From NCBI GenBank assembly GCA_048938105.1, contig JBHLMN010000042.1:1-10357 (forward strand): 10,357 nt of DNA, in the 5' to 3' direction. Positions within the stretch are counted from its first letter, which is position 1. Every line of letters starts with the position of its first letter. The translations under genes and the position numbers were made by a program. Below are positions 7,399 through 10,357 of this stretch, piece after piece. This DNA comes from Promethearchaeota archaeon (GTDB lineage: Archaea; Asgardarchaeota; Heimdallarchaeia; Hodarchaeales; Hodarchaeaceae). The notes beneath the pieces were generated by a model. It was not told the DNA's origin and did not search any database. It saw only the letters and a list, made by a program, of their open reading frames with translations.

Positions 7399-8352
7399 TT
7401 AGATTTTTAACTTCCCTTTAGAGATAATCGCAGTTCCATCCAAAGTGACTGTTGGATTTCTTGTCGCTGTATCGATGTGTGTAACACTCTGGATACTGCC
7501 TCCGAAGTGGGTATTGCCTCCAAATCCTATATGAGCGGATCCCTGAACTCTTTCATCTTCAATTAATTCACCAATATAGGTAGCTTTGGCGTTTGTACCA
7601 CATCCAACCTCACAGATCTTCCAAGAGTTTTTGTCACCTTCAGATAAAATCTTACGAAATTGATCTGATTGTTCTGAATTACTTACTATACTTGCTTCTC
7701 CTTCAGTTACTTCTACTCTTATTGGTGAATGAACCAAACCTAATTGTGCGGCACTTGCATTAATGATCCAAGTTCCTTCTGCCTGTTTTTCTTCCAAAGC
7801 AACAGCAACCACGCCTGAAGGATGTGAGGTAATCTTTCCTTTTTCTCTACAGAGTCCATCGAAATAGAAGGCTTTATTATCACTCAAAGTAAAATAAATA
7901 TCTGTTCCCGCATCACTTTTGATTTCTACTTCCTTTGCTTCATCGAATCTGTCAGCTACACTCCGAGTAAGTGTTGAAAGTTCATTATAGTCAATATCTA
8001 TACATCGTCTAATCATATTCTCATCAGCTTTGACCATCGAAAGAACTCGAGCACCAGCTTTTGCAGCTATAACACGAGATCCGCCTGGAAAATAATCAGA
8101 AGTACACAAAACAATTAAATCAGATTCATTCATGATTTTTTGGTAGGACTCAGGCATACTTTTCTGCTTTAATAGGTTCTTTTCCATTACAAGAAGTAAT
8201 GGTTTTCCTTCAAGTTTTTCTATGGCTCTAACTGCAGCCATAGAAATTTCGGGGGCCTGTCCAAAGTCCGACATTACTAAAACTGATTCTTCAGGTTGAA
8301 AATCAGCACATTGTTTTAAATTAGATTCAAAGATATCTGATAGCGGTTTCAT
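7399..8352 (-). CDS. M29/aminopeptidase T-like metalloprotein (COG2309, short type)
   Basis: Motifs GTDI-x-F, P-S-G, CEVGCGTN, IEDER-x-x-GSAHIGFG-x-N-x-x-FGG, THID and PTVTLDG-x-x-I-x-x-x-G. A GAGGA SD lies upstream. Confidence 0.88.
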   Translation of the reverse strand: MKPLSDIFESNLKQCADFQPEESVLVMSDFGQAPEISMAAVRAIEKLEGKPLLLVMEKNLLKQKSMPESYQKIMNESDLIVLCTSDYFPGGSRVIAAKAGARVLSMVKADENMIRRCIDIDYNELSTLTRSVADRFDEAKEVEIKSDAGTDIYFTLSDNKAFYFDGLCREKGKITSHPSGVVAVALEEKQAEGTWIINASAAQLGLVHSPIRVEVTEGEASIVSNSEQSDQFRKILSEGDKNSWKICEVGCGTNAKATYIGELIEDERVQGSAHIGFGGNTHFGGSIQSVTHIDTATRNPTVTLDGTAIISKGKLKI

Positions 8353-8377
8353 AGTCCAATTCCTCTTAAAATTAGTT

Positions 8378-9787
8378 TTATATTACTAAGTCTTTAACGA
8401 AAGATCCAATATCTTCAACTTGCTCAAGATTTTGAACCGCCTTGTATATCCTATCTATCCGAGAGTGATCTAATTTCCCTTGAGATAATTCTGCTGTCTT
8501 TACCTTGAGATCTTCATCTGACATTGGAACTGTGGGATCTCCCTTTGGTGACATCACTGTAGACTCTAAATATCGACCATCCTTTAGCTTAACCCCAACT
8601 GTTGCAGGCCAGGTACCCCCTTCAATTGTTTTTTCGAAATACATTTTTTCAAACTCTTCGTCCACCTCAACCGTTGTTCTATCCAGAAGTCGGGTAATTC
8701 TTGGATCTTGTAACTTTTCTGGCCATTTAATGGGAAGATCAGGTTTTCCATCTACTAGTACCGAGACCGCTTGATATGGATGACTGAAAATGGCATTTAC
8801 GTGCGAATAAAACTCGAATGCAGACCGTCTGGCGGAGTCAGAGTTCAACTTGATTATCACTTCATCAATGTCTTGTGCTTTCACTTGTTCATCACGAACC
8901 AAGGTCATTGATGCTTCAATTGTTGAATGTAAGAACTTACATGCTGGCCATGGTTTAAAGTATCCTTCTTCTATCTTGTACCCTTGTGAGGTGCCCAAAT
9001 CCTCCAAAAACTCCTCCCAATTACAGCTGTCCGAAATAACTTTCCCAACGCCTCTTTTTCCTTCTAAAATATCCTTGGAGCCCAAAATTCCGTGTTTTGC
9101 TAAGAAACTCGCCATCACAGCTCGTCTGGACTCCTGACCGCATACAAGATCCTTCTCATTACCTCCACTTATCGTGTACTGTGAGCTCACAATCTGTGCT
9201 GATGCAGCTAATCCCATTGCCCCCGCAATTTGTTCCACGTTTAATCCTAGGAGTTTTCCTGCGGGGACAACACCTGAAAGTGTTGAAAGTACAACAAACA
9301 TGGGGCTTCTCTTTGTAGATGCCGCTTCTGTAGTCCGAAAAAGAATATATGCCATTCGAATGTAAGCCTCATACCCAAGAACAACAGCTGTAAGAAAGTC
9401 TTTTCCACTTGCTCTTACACTCTCTGCTACTGAAAGAGCTACTGGAACCACCCGATCGTTGATATGACCTCCGATATAGTGCCCATCACTCGAATCTAAG
9501 AAATTTGAAAGCACACTGTTCGCAAAGGCTGCGTCCTCTGCACTTGTTCTTAGCCCTGCCCCTAGAATTGTTGCCTCCTCCTTGGCTGTCTTCGCACGAG
9601 CGTAACTAAGGAGACTCTTTATTAAAGGATGTTGCGTCCCATATCCTGATAATGCTATTCCTATAAAATCAAATATAACACTTTTAGCCCTTGCTATTGC
9701 CGACTCTGGTATGTTATCAACATTTGTTTCAATAGCAAACTTAGCAAACTTTTCTCCTAAAGTTAATTCTCTTATAGATTCGGTCAT
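8378..9787 (-). CDS. MmgE/PrpD family protein (substrate unknown)
   Basis: Motifs D-x-IG-x-ALSG, AAFANS-x-x-x-N-x-LD-x-x-DGH...GH, VVPVAL-x-VAE, SG-x-DFL-x-AVVLGYE, ILEG-x-x-G, FKPWPAC-x-x-x-H, FS-x-PY and PKGDP-x-x-PMS. Length is 469 aa. Confidence 0.93.
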   Translation of the reverse strand: MTESIRELTLGEKFAKFAIETNVDNIPESAIARAKSVIFDFIGIALSGYGTQHPLIKSLLSYARAKTAKEEATILGAGLRTSAEDAAFANSVLSNFLDSSDGHYIGGHINDRVVPVALSVAESVRASGKDFLTAVVLGYEAYIRMAYILFRTTEAASTKRSPMFVVLSTLSGVVPAGKLLGLNVEQIAGAMGLAASAQIVSSQYTISGGNEKDLVCGQESRRAVMASFLAKHGILGSKDILEGKRGVGKVISDSCNWEEFLEDLGTSQGYKIEEGYFKPWPACKFLHSTIEASMTLVRDEQVKAQDIDEVIIKLNSDSARRSAFEFYSHVNAIFSHPYQAVSVLVDGKPDLPIKWPEKLQDPRITRLLDRTTVEVDEEFEKMYFEKTIEGGTWPATVGVKLKDGRYLESTVMSPKGDPTVPMSDEDLKVKTAELSQGKLDHSRIDRIYKAVQNLEQVEDIGSFVKDLVI

Positions 9788-9814
9788 TTTTTTTAGCCTC
9801 AGTCTCTTTTAATC

Positions 9815-10357
9815 TTACCCAACAACTTTTTCAATGATTTTTAGAGCGTTCTTTCCAATTATTTTCTGAATTTCTGAATCAGAATAACCGTGTTTAACCA
9901 AACCTCGTACAATATTTTCCCATTCGTCTGGTGCTTCCAAACCAAATATGTATGGTGCTGCTAAAGCTCGGCCTCCTCGTTTGAGATTGCGACTTACACT
10001 TTTTTTGTCCATTTCTCTGTGATGTCCCACCTGGTCACCGAATACATTGTCTAAACCTATCATCACATGGTCAACGCCCACTAAGTCAACAATATAATCG
10101 ATATGATTCAAATGATCTTCAATACTTTGTTCTGGTTCGTTAGAGAGCTGATTTGGTATTGCAGAAACTCCAATCATACCACTCTTCTCTGCTATGGCTT
10201 GAAGTTCCTCATCGGTTCTTAAACGACCAACTGGTGGATTTAAAGCTCGAGCTCCCGTATGATTAAAGACACAAGGGTCTTTTGAATGCTCAATCGCGTC
10301 TAAAGAGGTTTGAATACCACAATGAGACAGATCTACTAAAATTCCAGCTTTGTTGAG
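9815..10357 (-). CDS. Membrane/renal dipeptidase family (peptidase M19), 5'-truncated by the window edge
   Basis: The frame is open to the edge: LNKAGILVDLSHCG...PCVFNHTGARAL...R-x-x-TDEELQAIAEKSGMIGV...HIDYIVDLVGVDHV-x-IGLD...GYSDSEIQKIIG-x-N. The ATG at 10177 in the ORF track is internal. Confidence 0.93.
   Translation of the reverse strand, partial: LNKAGILVDLSHCGIQTSLDAIEHSKDPCVFNHTGARALNPPVGRLRTDEELQAIAEKSGMIGVSAIPNQLSNEPEQSIEDHLNHIDYIVDLVGVDHVMIGLDNVFGDQVGHHREMDKKSVSRNLKRGGRALAAPYIFGLEAPDEWENIVRGLVKHGYSDSEIQKIIGKNALKIIEKVVG

Noticed and set aside
13-9365. Short alternative-frame and antisense ORFs in the ORF track (13-258, 1125-1322, 1204-1419, 1470-1706, 1543-1743, 1625-1963, 3676-3921, 4668-4853, 4863-5129, 5038-5220, 5329-5562, 5372-5557, 6579-6776, 8505-8774, 8850-9137, 9097-9318, 9174-9365)
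   Set aside because: They overlap well-supported genes and show no recognisable motifs, so they are treated as shadow ORFs.
8378-9787. Naming the gene prpD (methylcitrate cycle)
   Set aside because: Catalytic motifs deviate and no prpB/prpC neighbours are present in the window.

Overview
Low-GC prokaryotic DNA, probably archaeal: it shows GAGG/GAGGTGA-type Shine-Dalgarno motifs, TTG starts, TATA-like boxes and oligo-T ends. An Asgard/Heimdallarchaeia-like origin is only a guess. The window holds 11 metabolic or regulatory CDSs and no recognisable RNA gene, CRISPR array or intact mobile element. The left part has a 5'-truncated methyltransferase-fold protein, an aldo/keto reductase and two convergent metallo-beta-lactamase-fold hydrolases. 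The right part (4.0-10.4 kb) has a DUF362/2x[4Fe-4S] protein transcribed divergently from a split-barrel flavin/F420-type protein, an Lrp/AsnC regulator and a CE4 deacetylase. These converge on an operon of M19 dipeptidase (truncated), MmgE/PrpD protein and M29-like metalloprotein. The main signal is that four enzymes of this block each appear to carry substitutions at family-conserved catalytic or metal-binding positions, which suggests a specialised, possibly undescribed pathway. Non-coding signals include phased A-tracts with palindromes in the divergent promoter, interleaved direct repeats upstream of the reductase, and a possible decayed gene at about 535-780. All family assignments come from motif recognition by eye, not from database searches.
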